Assembly (NCBI GenBank): GCA_046314355.1
Contig: JBKBWQ010000001.1
Coordinates: 96,001 to 160,000, forward strand
Direction: 5' to 3'
DNA: 64,000 bases
Source of the DNA: Candidatus Altimarinota bacterium
GTDB lineage: Bacteria; Patescibacteriota; Gracilibacteria; 1-14-2-50-48-13
Part shown: one piece after another, positions 19,054 through 28,090 of the stretch
Numbering within the stretch: position 1 is the first letter of the stretch
How the letters are laid out: each line of letters begins with the position of its first letter
Program-made: the position numbers and the translations under genes
The notes under the pieces: generated by a model
Databases searched by the model: none
Told to the model about the DNA's origin: nothing
What the model saw: the letters and a program-made list of their open reading frames with translations, nothing else

Positions 19054-19674
19054 ATGAAAGTATTTATCAACGTAGCTACAGCTGAGAAAGGAATCATACT
19101 CTATGAAGATTCGCAAATTCGTGATGGTATTTTCTGGAATGAAGCAGGTGCAGAGCTAAAGTGGGTATTGCCCTCTCTTTATAAACTTCTTCAAAATAAC
19201 GAACTAAAAATAGAAGAGGACATAGAAAAAATAGTCATAGTAAGTGGTCCAGGGAGTTTTACTGGTATCCGTATTGCGGTAAGTATTGTGAATACTTTAA
19301 AATATCTCTATCCGCATATCCATGTTTCAGCACTTTCTACAGGTGAACTTCTTGCTGCCGTAGATTCCTCTAAACACTCGCAGTATCTTTTTCAAGTCTT
19401 TGCCTCAGATATATTTGTATTTAATAAGGAGGGGATATTCCAAGGCAGAAAGTCTATAGAAGATTTAACTGACTATGATATCGAGAATTCTACGGGTTCA
19501 CTCATGGGAGATGCATTAAAAAACTACCCTGAATTTGAAATGATTCCTGAGATGAGCCACTGGAGAATTGAAAAAATTCTGTGTATTGATACTAAATCTA
19601 TTGAAGTGCAGGATTTAGCAGAGCCATTTTATGGGAAAGGAGCAAATATTACTGTTCCGAAAATCTCCCAGTAG
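19054..19674 (+). CDS. tsaB: tRNA threonylcarbamoyladenosine biosynthesis protein TsaB
   Basis: GPGSFTGIRIA; C-terminal EPFYGKGANIT. Confidence 0.88.
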   Translation: MKVFINVATAEKGIILYEDSQIRDGIFWNEAGAELKWVLPSLYKLLQNNELKIEEDIEKIVIVSGPGSFTGIRIAVSIVNTLKYLYPHIHVSALSTGELLAAVDSSKHSQYLFQVFASDIFVFNKEGIFQGRKSIEDLTDYDIENSTGSLMGDALKNYPEFEMIPEMSHWRIEKILCIDTKSIEVQDLAEPFYGKGANITVPKISQ

Positions 19675-19683
19675 GCGACTATT

Positions 19684-20325
19684 TTATTCCTGCGGAGGTA
19701 GGCATCTTAAGCTTTCAGCTGACTGCTTAGGATTTTTACTCTTTAAGACAAAGGATCCTGATACAATAACATCAGCCCCTTTTTTATTTGCAATGGGAGC
19801 AGTGTCTTCATTCATTCCGCCATCCACTGCAATAATAATATCCGGCTTAAGATTTTTAATTTCCGGAATTTTATCCAGTGTTTCTAGTATACATTCTTGT
19901 CCACCCGCACCTGGATGCACGGACATGACAAGCACATGAGTAAAGTATTTTAGTATTGGTTCCAGATCCTCTGCAGTGGTTTCAGGATTTATTGTAATTC
20001 CTGCATGACTTCCGGCTGAAGTAATATCCTCGACGATTGCCTGAATATTTTTTCCCTGAAGAGTTTCCTCATGAATATAGACTACATCTGAATACTCAGC
20101 ATAATCTTTTGCCTGTTCTTCAGGATTTGTAACCATGAGATGAGCATCAATCGGTAATTTCGTTTTTAATTCCTTTAAAAGAGGTAAGCCGAAACTTATC
20201 TGATCTACAAAATGTCCATCCATCACATCATAGTGAAGGCGGTCTACAAAAGGTTCCACCCGTGAGAGCTGGTCTTGCAGATGGAGGAAATCTGCTGAGA
20301 GAATGGAAAGAGATACTTGAGTCAT
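19684..20325 (-). CDS. rpe: Ribulose-phosphate 3-epimerase
   Basis: SILSADF, HYDVMDGHFV, DAHLMV, VMSVHPG, VDGG. Confidence 0.95.
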   Translation of the reverse strand: MTQVSLSILSADFLHLQDQLSRVEPFVDRLHYDVMDGHFVDQISFGLPLLKELKTKLPIDAHLMVTNPEEQAKDYAEYSDVVYIHEETLQGKNIQAIVEDITSAGSHAGITINPETTAEDLEPILKYFTHVLVMSVHPGAGGQECILETLDKIPEIKNLKPDIIIAVDGGMNEDTAPIANKKGADVIVSGSFVLKSKNPKQSAESLRCLPPQE

Positions 20326-20326
20326 A

Positions 20327-20782
20327 TTATTTGAATTCTTTAGATTCTATTTCTTCTACTTTATGGAAACGTCTTTCATGGCGCCCACCGGTCTCAAAGT
20401 CTGTAGTCAAAAAAGTTGTGATCATTTTTCTCATATCTTCCAAAGAAGAATATCTCGCACTTAAGGAAAGGATATTTGCGTTATCATCCTTGCGAGCAAA
20501 TTTAGACTGCTCATCATTCATTGCGAGTACACACCGCGCATTTTTTACTTTATTTGCTACTACGCAAACTCCGCCACCACTCCCGCAGACTACAATACCT
20601 CGGGCATTTTCATCTTTTGATACTGCTTTTGCAACTGGATAGGCGAAATCAGGATAGTCATCATCAGAGACTAATTCTTTATTACTAAATGTTTCTACAC
20701 TGTGGCCATTTGTTTCTAACCATTCAATGAGTTTTGGTTCAATTTCATGTCCATTGTGATCGCTGCCGAGATATATTTTCAT
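20327..20782 (-). CDS. rpiB: Ribose-5-phosphate isomerase B (RpiB/LacAB family)
   Basis: GSDHNG, DDYPDFA, CGSGGG, ANKV, GGRHERR; start moved to MKIYLG. Confidence 0.92.
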   Translation of the reverse strand: MKIYLGSDHNGHEIEPKLIEWLETNGHSVETFSNKELVSDDDYPDFAYPVAKAVSKDENARGIVVCGSGGGVCVVANKVKNARCVLAMNDEQSKFARKDDNANILSLSARYSSLEDMRKMITTFLTTDFETGGRHERRFHKVEEIESKEFK

Positions 20783-20955
20783 AAGTGGAATGATAATATT
20801 TGTGTATTTATTGTACCACAGCTTATAATCCCTGTCATTCCAGACTGATACGGAGTCAATAATCATATCCGACTAAGAGATAGATAAGATTATTCTTCAG
20901 CTTGAATTTGAACTTTGAGAGAGTATGCTTTTCTTACTATTACAAATTCCCAATT

Positions 20956-21531
20956 ATGTTTACAGAAAAAGAATACGGTTCTGAAAATTTTAAAGACCTC
21001 ACGTGCTCAGGTGAAAGCTTTGAAAGTATAGAGTTCTATCAATGTACTTTCCAAAACTGTAATTTTGAAAAAACTATATTTAAGAAATGCATCTTTACTG
21101 AATGTACTTTCAAGCAATGTAATCTTAGTCTGATGAAGATCCCTACTTCTACTTTCATTGAGACTGAATTTCGTAGTTCTAAAATGGTGGGTATCAACTG
21201 GACTAGTATTTCTTCTCAGGTATTCTCTGTAGAGTTTCATGAATGTGTACTCAATTACTCCATCTTTGATTCAGTAAATTTAAATGGTACAAAGATGCTC
21301 GGATGTACCATCCATGAAGCTGACTTTTCAAATGCATCATTAAAAGAAGCTGTATGTACGGATACAGACTTTGCAGGATCTACTTTCTCAGATACGAATC
21401 TTACGAAGGCGGATTTTAGAAGTGCAAGGAATTATGGAATGGTTCCTGCGGACAATGTACTTACGAAGGCGAAGTTTTCGGTGCCGGAGGTGCTATGTTT
21501 ATTGGATGCGATGGGAGTGGAATTTGAATAA
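20956..21531 (+). CDS. Pentapeptide repeat protein (MfpA/Qnr-like fold)
   Basis: Serial CTFQN/CNFEK/ADFSN/TDFAG/ADFRS pentapeptides; start moved to MFTEKE. Confidence 0.9.
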   Translation: MFTEKEYGSENFKDLTCSGESFESIEFYQCTFQNCNFEKTIFKKCIFTECTFKQCNLSLMKIPTSTFIETEFRSSKMVGINWTSISSQVFSVEFHECVLNYSIFDSVNLNGTKMLGCTIHEADFSNASLKEAVCTDTDFAGSTFSDTNLTKADFRSARNYGMVPADNVLTKAKFSVPEVLCLLDAMGVEFE

Positions 21532-21554
21532 AAAAACTGACCCGAAGGTCAGTT
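21531..21554 (-). terminator. Intrinsic terminator with cUUCGg loop
   Basis: Minus-strand AACTGACC-TTCG-GGTCAGTT followed by a T run. Confidence 0.8.
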
Positions 21555-21559
21555 AGATT

Positions 21560-22189
21560 TTATTTTAGGATTTTGTATCCGTATATTTCTACTTTTTCTT
21601 TAATCTCTTCCAAACATCCTCTGCCTATATGTTTAATTTGCATGATCTCGTGGCTACTTTTTTCCAAGATATCTTTGAGATATAAACAATTAGCTCTTAC
21701 TAGACGATTGGAAACTTCATTACTGAAAGACATTTCCTCTACTGAAATATCTTTAGGATCCTTAAAGGAATATGGACGTCCAAATTCAAATTCATATAAA
21801 CTAAGTTTTTCCACGATCTCTTTATAAGCTTCTCGTCCAGCAAATGGGAGATCTTTTACTCTCCTCTTTCCTAGTTTAAGGATATCCTCAATTGTAGTAC
21901 AATGACCATATAGAGTAAGGGAGTTGTATACCTTAGTTGTAAAACCTAAATCTCTAATTAGTATGTTCTTTTTTACAGATTTATCCTCCTTTGTCTCTCC
22001 TGTATCATTCTGTGATGATTGAATATTGCTAGAATCATATGTTGGCATTTTGATTGTAAATGCTTCAATATGAACTATGAAATCCAATAATATGGCTACT
22101 GAGTCTTTTTCTTTTGTTATTTTTTGTAAGATACTATTTACAATACTGTGAGCAGCTGCAGATGTTTTCTCTTCTAAATTTTCTTCCAT
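21560..22189 (-). CDS. Protein with two tandem RNA polymerase alpha-subunit C-terminal-like domains
   Basis: IRDLGFTTKVYNSL...TIEDIL...PFAGREAYKEIVEKL and VEEMSFSNEVSNRL...YLKDIL...KHIGRGCLEEIKEKV resemble alpha-CTD. Confidence 0.8.
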   Translation of the reverse strand: MEENLEEKTSAAAHSIVNSILQKITKEKDSVAILLDFIVHIEAFTIKMPTYDSSNIQSSQNDTGETKEDKSVKKNILIRDLGFTTKVYNSLTLYGHCTTIEDILKLGKRRVKDLPFAGREAYKEIVEKLSLYEFEFGRPYSFKDPKDISVEEMSFSNEVSNRLVRANCLYLKDILEKSSHEIMQIKHIGRGCLEEIKEKVEIYGYKILK

Positions 22190-22280
22190 TATATTTCTCC
22201 TTTATATTTTTATGTGGAGAGTATAGATATTTGTAGATATTTTGCAATATAATCTAAGTGCGTAAAATGGTACGATAGCT

Positions 22281-23381
22281 CTATATAATTTCTGTTAAAT
22301 TCACAAAACAAATATCCTTTTTTCTCTTCTTAACAGACCCTATTGCATCAGTCGTAGACGTGATAAAAGTTTGAATTCCTTCTGGAATATGTGAAAGTAG
22401 TTGTTCCTGTCTCTCGTCGTCCAGCTCTGAAAATACATCATCAAGTAATAGAAGTGGAAGAGTTCCATTCCTTTCTTTGATAAAAGTGATCTCATTTAAC
22501 TTGAGAGCTAGTATCATACTTCTCGTATCTCCTCGTGAAGCGAAGGCTTCTATATTCTTTCCATTGAGCAGGAAAGTAAAGTCATCTCTATGAGGACCTG
22601 TAGATGTTGACTCTAAGATAAGATCTCTCTCTAATCTCTCATGTAAGGCTTGAAGATAATTCTCTTTATTTAAAACCTCTGACTTAAGAGATGGTAAATA
22701 TTCTAAGGCATATTCTGCATCTTTATTCTCAGAGATTTCTCTATATGATGCTCCAATATGCTGATTAAAAAATTCTATAAGTTCTTTTCTTTTTTCAATA
22801 AGAACCAGTCCAGCATCCACCAATCCTTCATTCCAGTAATCTAACTCAGATACACGATTTCTATTTTCCCGAATAATTTTCAGGAGAGCATTTCGCTGTT
22901 TGAGAATCTTTTGGTAATTCACATATGCTCTAAAATACTGAATGTCAGTCTGTGAAAGAAGGATATCCAGATACTTTCTTCGGTTACTTGGTGAAAGCAG
23001 CAAGAGATTAATATCATCAGGGGAGAAAAACACTACATTCAATTTACCGACATACTCTGCAATAGGCAGTTCCACTCCATTAACGGTATATCTTCTCTGT
23101 TTCTTTGGACGGAATACTGTTGTAGCTATCATATTCTCTATATTTCCATCAAGGAACTTTCCTTCGATGCTCAAAAAATTCTCTTCCCAAGTGACAAGGT
23201 CTTTTGTATCCACAGTTCTAAAGGACTTGAGAAGTCCGAGAAAGTACATAGCTTCAAGAATGTTTGTTTTCCCAAGAGTATTAGCTCCTACAAAGCAGAT
23301 AATGTCGCATGACTGATCTATATCTAAATGCAGATCATGAAACTTTCTAAAATTTGTGAGATGTAGCGACTGAAGGCGCAT
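22281..23381 (-). CDS. recF: DNA replication and repair protein RecF
   Basis: GANTLGKTNILEA, RRKYLD, GPHRDDF, ASRGD, LLLDDVFSELD. Confidence 0.95.
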   Translation of the reverse strand: MRLQSLHLTNFRKFHDLHLDIDQSCDIICFVGANTLGKTNILEAMYFLGLLKSFRTVDTKDLVTWEENFLSIEGKFLDGNIENMIATTVFRPKKQRRYTVNGVELPIAEYVGKLNVVFFSPDDINLLLLSPSNRRKYLDILLSQTDIQYFRAYVNYQKILKQRNALLKIIRENRNRVSELDYWNEGLVDAGLVLIEKRKELIEFFNQHIGASYREISENKDAEYALEYLPSLKSEVLNKENYLQALHERLERDLILESTSTGPHRDDFTFLLNGKNIEAFASRGDTRSMILALKLNEITFIKERNGTLPLLLLDDVFSELDDERQEQLLSHIPEGIQTFITSTTDAIGSVKKRKKDICFVNLTEII

Positions 23382-23510
23382 ATAAGAGGTGATATCATTA
23401 TGGAATTATTGTAATACGTTTTGTGTGAAGAGACAAAGCATATTACTTGTTTTCATTTACTTCTTTTCTCTCTCCTTTTATACTTGGGCTACTTTTGTAA
23501 TTACTTCTGC

Positions 23511-24470
23511 ATGTCACTGGAAATTATAGTTAGGGAAGGAGTCCTCAATACACTTGCGTTTTTTTCTCTCTTTGGAAAAAGGCTTACTGTAGATGAACTT
23601 ATTCAGTATTTCTATATTGATAAAAATAAAAAAGACTATTTTTCTGTTCTTGAAGGAAAGAATGGAGAGATAAAGGAGATGCTGCCGGAATTATTATCTA
23701 AGATGGAAGAAGTCATCTTGGAGGAAGGGAAATACCGGCTGAAAAGTGGAAATTATGAATTCTCCGAAGATTCTACAAATATTTTAAACGAGCGGCTGAT
23801 TAAAAAATGTAAAAAGTACATTTCATTACTTTCATGGATCCCTTATCTCAGGATGGTGGGAGTAGGAAATACTCTTGCCTTTGGAAGTGCAGATGCAGAT
23901 AGCGATATTGATCTATTTATTATTGCTGAAAAAGACCACGTATGGCTTGTACGTTTTCTTACAGGAATTTTTTACCAGCTTCTTGGCGTGAGAAGGCATG
24001 GGAATAAAGTCTCTGAGAGATTTTGTCTCAGTTTCTATATGGATACTTCAGTGGAGGATTTTAGAAATATTATGCTGCAGCCAGATGATGTGTATATGAG
24101 GTTTTGGGTTGCAACTATGAAACCTTTTTTGGGAAGGGAAGAATACGCTCATTTTGTCGAAGAAAACAAATCAATGCTTCAGGAGTCTTTTCCTTTCTGG
24201 AAAAAGGAAGCGGAACTGGTGTATATTGTGCAAAAGAGAGATTCATGGCTAAAAGAATCCATGGAAAGGATGTTGAGTACTAACCTAGGGATGAAATATG
24301 AGAAGTTCTTAATGAATCTTCAAAAGAAAAAAATGACAGTACTTCCTGTTCACCTTACTCAAGAGGCATCAGTAGTAATCTCTGACCATATGCTTAAGTT
24401 TCATAATAAGGATCGAAGAAAAAAATACCGGGATGAGTGGGAAAAATTGACTACAATGAAGAATTCATAA
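23511..24470 (+). CDS. Nucleotidyltransferase-domain protein (pol-beta/MNT fold)
   Basis: GNTLAFG...DSDIDLFII motif; RFCLSFY; start moved to MSLEII. Confidence 0.75.
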   Translation: MSLEIIVREGVLNTLAFFSLFGKRLTVDELIQYFYIDKNKKDYFSVLEGKNGEIKEMLPELLSKMEEVILEEGKYRLKSGNYEFSEDSTNILNERLIKKCKKYISLLSWIPYLRMVGVGNTLAFGSADADSDIDLFIIAEKDHVWLVRFLTGIFYQLLGVRRHGNKVSERFCLSFYMDTSVEDFRNIMLQPDDVYMRFWVATMKPFLGREEYAHFVEENKSMLQESFPFWKKEAELVYIVQKRDSWLKESMERMLSTNLGMKYEKFLMNLQKKKMTVLPVHLTQEASVVISDHMLKFHNKDRRKKYRDEWEKLTTMKNS

Positions 24471-24485
24471 GTATTTGAATTATGC

Positions 24486-25073
24486 TTACCGCATACTACG
24501 TCCTTCACTAGATCCAGCACTGCTGGAGGAATTTTTTGAAGAGCCTGCATTACTTGCGGTACTCATATTGTTATATTGCTTTGCAGCTTCAAGTTGGGTA
24601 GAACTAGGGCGCACATTTTCTTGAGGAGTTTTCTCTGTCTTGAATTGAGGTGTGGGTTTTCCCTGAGAAAAATCCGGAGTTGCTTTTTTCCCTTCATACC
24701 CATTTGTTCTACTAGTACTTTCAATAGGTGAAGAGTCGACAGTATTTTTCTGGTTCTGAATTACAGTAATATTTGTCCTTAAAGTTTGAATTTTATTGAT
24801 GAGGTTTGCGTATTTAGGCGAAGCATTAAAACTTTGAGCAATGCCTTCTAGTTGTGTAAGCGTCTTTTGCGTTGCTTTAATGGTTTCACTATTTTTCTCT
24901 TGAGTAAGTTCAAGTGCTTTAGTAGTCCTATCAATCTGTTCATCTAGCTGCTCTGTGGTTGCAATAGTATCAAGATCCTTATCAAGTTTTATCAATGTAT
25001 CTACGTTTTGTAGAACATTTTTAGCAGGTTGATTTACTCCTGCATATTCATTATTTTGAAAATTTTCAGACAT
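24486..25073 (-). CDS. Hypothetical coiled-coil protein with S/G-rich tail
   Basis: 195-aa ORF; amphipathic N-terminal half, low-complexity C-terminus. Confidence 0.7.
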   Translation of the reverse strand: MSENFQNNEYAGVNQPAKNVLQNVDTLIKLDKDLDTIATTEQLDEQIDRTTKALELTQEKNSETIKATQKTLTQLEGIAQSFNASPKYANLINKIQTLRTNITVIQNQKNTVDSSPIESTSRTNGYEGKKATPDFSQGKPTPQFKTEKTPQENVRPSSTQLEAAKQYNNMSTASNAGSSKNSSSSAGSSEGRSMR

Positions 25074-25079
25074 GGTATA

Positions 25080-25259
25080 TTAAAGTGAAGAAAGTAATGA
25101 TTGAGCTTCGGATGAAGTATCTGCAGATTCAATCTGCTCAGCTTCTTTGACAAGCATTTGTGCAGCATGGTATGTGTCTGCAAGCTCCCGACTCTGTGTC
25201 TCTGCGAGTGCAAGCTTTGCCCGTAAATCATTAAGGATATTTATTTTTGTTTGGTCCAT
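25080..25259 (-). CDS. Small protein missed by the ORF track (59 aa, MDQTKINILNDLRAKLALAETQSRELADTYHAAQMLVKEAEQIESADTSSEAQSLLSSL)
   Basis: Translated by hand; CTATG start context; stop 6 nt before the next ATG; helical composition. Confidence 0.7.
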   Translation of the reverse strand: MDQTKINILNDLRAKLALAETQSRELADTYHAAQMLVKEAEQIESADTSSEAQSLLSSL

Positions 25260-25440
25260 AGAAGAATTTGGAATTGAAAAATTATGTTATTTTATTATAT
25301 CATAATAAAATAAAATTTATGCAAAAATTGATTAATAAGAAACTACCAAAAGTCAGACTATACTTAAGGCTGAAATCAAAAAAATAGTGGTATGTCTTTT
25401 TAGTGCCAGGTATACTAGTGGTATACTAAGATTTTATGAC

Positions 25441-25962
25441 ATGAATATACTGACTATCTCCGACACCCATGACAGGATAAGTCATATAGAAAAGGTGCTG
25501 GAAGAGACTAAAACAAGAGATATCGGGATGATTATTCACTGCGGAGACCTTGTGGAACCTGAGACTCTTTCTGCATTCAAAAATGTGAAGGTACCCATCT
25601 ATTATGTCTTTGGAAATAATGAAGGAAGAGAAGAAGAAATTGTGAAAACTTGTGAGAAAATGGGGATAAATTATTTCCTGGATATGGGAGAGTTTGTTGT
25701 AGATGGCAGAAAAATTGTGATTACTCACTATCCTAAAGTTGCAAAGTCACTTGCTGCCTTCGGCAATTTTGATCTGATTCTTTTCGGACATTCCCACAAC
25801 AGGTATAAAGAGCAGTTACCAAATGGAGGCTGGTATGTGAATCCCGGAAACCTTGCGGGATTGCGAGAGGATGCACACTATGCCATATATGATACGACAG
25901 CTCATAGTGTGGAAATAATAAAACTCCAGGCACGGATTACTCATTATCATTTCGATGACTAA
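25441..25962 (+). CDS. YfcE-like metallophosphoesterase
   Basis: SDTHD, HCGD, FGNNE, THYP, FGHSH, NPG; start moved to MNILTI. Confidence 0.92.
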   Translation: MNILTISDTHDRISHIEKVLEETKTRDIGMIIHCGDLVEPETLSAFKNVKVPIYYVFGNNEGREEEIVKTCEKMGINYFLDMGEFVVDGRKIVITHYPKVAKSLAAFGNFDLILFGHSHNRYKEQLPNGGWYVNPGNLAGLREDAHYAIYDTTAHSVEIIKLQARITHYHFDD

Positions 25963-25971
25963 TACCTGAAA

Positions 25972-26763
25972 TTATAGAATTGATTCATTCAATTTCTTGT
26001 CATAATTCATAGATGACTGTTTTAAGAGAATGAATTTTAAGGATGCCTGAAGATTTTTACTGATGGTCGGACTCATCAGCACCGCACCGCTTAGTATATT
26101 CTGCTTTCTATCAATAAAAATAGTCATCTTCTCATCTAGGATAAAAATATCTGTGTCAAAGGGAAGCTGAGAGAGGCAATGCACCGGGATTGAATATTTT
26201 TTATCCAAGATGGATGCACTCTCTTGTCCACAGGTGTTTTGTTTAAAGAAAAAGCATGCTGGAGTAGTATGCTTTGTTAATTTCGGAAATACATAGTTAA
26301 TTAAATAGGGGATATAGCTTCCCTCAGTGTTATCCATCTGTGAAAGTATCAATAAAGACTCTGCTTTTACAATATCCGGGACGACACTTTTGAAACCTTC
26401 TATTCCTTGAAAGGATTTTACTTCTATTGGAGATAGATTTTGAAATTCTGGTATTTCAAGCAGCGTAATGGCTTCCCGGAGTTTATCCTGCATATCTTTC
26501 CATTCATCCTCCTTGCGGGAGGCAAACAGGAGAAGCTTTTCAGGATTATTAACACTAAAAAACTGCATTCCATTGCGGTAGCATGTTTGAGCTAGTCCCT
26601 TCTGAACGAGTTTTTTAAGAGTCATGTAGGTAGTGACCCGATTGAGACCTGTCTTCTCTGCAATAATACTCGCAGGCTGTGCTCCGATCTGTATTGCTGT
26701 AAGATAGATCTTGATCTCTTTCGGGCGGAAACCAATCTTCTTTAAAAGAGTAGAAAGTTCCAT
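25972..26763 (-). CDS. TrmB-family HTH transcriptional regulator
   Basis: IGFRPKEIKIYL...ASIIAEKTGLNRVTTYMTLKKLVQKGL; VKSFQGIEG. Confidence 0.85.
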   Translation of the reverse strand: MELSTLLKKIGFRPKEIKIYLTAIQIGAQPASIIAEKTGLNRVTTYMTLKKLVQKGLAQTCYRNGMQFFSVNNPEKLLLFASRKEDEWKDMQDKLREAITLLEIPEFQNLSPIEVKSFQGIEGFKSVVPDIVKAESLLILSQMDNTEGSYIPYLINYVFPKLTKHTTPACFFFKQNTCGQESASILDKKYSIPVHCLSQLPFDTDIFILDEKMTIFIDRKQNILSGAVLMSPTISKNLQASLKFILLKQSSMNYDKKLNESIL

Positions 26764-26933
26764 GGGAGAGGGGGGAGGGGTTAGAAATCAAAAATATGTT
26801 TTTAACATAGCCACTGTACCTTTGCGAGTACTATTACTCAAAGAAAAGCATTAGAAACTAAAGATAAGAAATGTCCATATTTACTCTTTCTGTAAAGTGG
26901 ATACAATGAGCATATTTAAGGCTTTATACGAGT

Positions 26934-28028
26934 ATGAAACAGATTTGTATCATCGCAGACTGCATAGATGATCAGTATGCAGGTATCTATACTTATGCTA
27001 CGGAATTGATTCAGGAAATAGAAAAAAATACTCCTGAAGATATGTGGATAACTTATATTCATTACAAAGAGAATGATTTTTTTGATAATAAAAACCACTT
27101 GATCATTCCGATGGGAAAGAAGTTCCCGGGACGAAGTACCTTTAGAAAATTCTTTAGGCTACCTCATATTCTAAAAAAGAAAGGTTTCGATCTAGTGCAT
27201 GATCTCTATCATATAGCACCATTCCCTTTTAAAAAAACTCCATACAAAAAAGTGGTGACAATCCATGATCTGACACCAGTACTTTTTCCTGAATTTCATG
27301 TGCCGCAGGGAAGAATACAACATCTTATACTTCCGCTTGAGATCCGGAATGCAGATGGGATAATCACTGTTTCCGAGCATACAAAAAAAGATATTGAAAC
27401 GGTATACGGCAGAAAAGAAGCTGTAATAGCTATACCTCTTGCTGCAAGAAAGCTTGAAACTACGTTTGTTCCACAGGAAGAAAAATACATTTTATATGTA
27501 AGTACCATAGAACCTCGAAAAAATATTGGAGTTCTTATCCGTGCTTTTGAGGAGGTCAAAAAACAGGGATACTCAGGGAAACTGGTGCTGATAGGAAAAA
27601 AAGGATGGAAATGCGAACATATCTTTGAAATGATTGAAAAATCTGAATGGAAAGATGAGATTCTGTGGAAAGGCTATACTTCATCACAGGAACTTGGAGG
27701 GTACTTTTCTCATGCGGATGTTTTTGTATATCCTTCTCTCTATGAGGGGTTCGGTCTACCTGTATTAGAAGCAATGCAATATGGTATACCTGTTGTTACG
27801 GGTGATAATTCTAGTCTGAAAGAAGTGGTAGGTAAGGCTGGAATAGTATTTGATGTTCAAAATACTTCCCACCTATCTACTATACTTAAAAAGCTGCTTC
27901 TAGAAAAAGATAGTGAAAGTCTTCGCTTAGAATATGGTAAAAAATCTCTTGAAAGAGCTCAGCATTTTTCATGGAAGCAAACAGCTTTAAAAACCATTGA
28001 GGTATATAGAGCATTGTTAAAGAAGTGA
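26934..28028 (+). CDS. GT4 glycosyltransferase
   Basis: TIHDL, IEPRKN, PSLYEGFGLPVLEAM. Confidence 0.93.
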   Translation: MKQICIIADCIDDQYAGIYTYATELIQEIEKNTPEDMWITYIHYKENDFFDNKNHLIIPMGKKFPGRSTFRKFFRLPHILKKKGFDLVHDLYHIAPFPFKKTPYKKVVTIHDLTPVLFPEFHVPQGRIQHLILPLEIRNADGIITVSEHTKKDIETVYGRKEAVIAIPLAARKLETTFVPQEEKYILYVSTIEPRKNIGVLIRAFEEVKKQGYSGKLVLIGKKGWKCEHIFEMIEKSEWKDEILWKGYTSSQELGGYFSHADVFVYPSLYEGFGLPVLEAMQYGIPVVTGDNSSLKEVVGKAGIVFDVQNTSHLSTILKKLLLEKDSESLRLEYGKKSLERAQHFSWKQTALKTIEVYRALLKK

Positions 28029-28090
28029 TTTTTGGTTGAGTTTTAGTGTAGAAAGGCTACTATTCCTACAGTATTTTTTATGCGTCTACT

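Noticed and set aside
20956-21531. Calling the pentapeptide protein a qnr resistance gene
   Set aside because: The fold is clear, but Qnr-specific loops or function cannot be established by eye
25034-25231. 65-aa ORF from the track
   Set aside because: It overlaps the next gene; the 59-aa ORF 25080-25259 in another frame has a better start context and operon spacing
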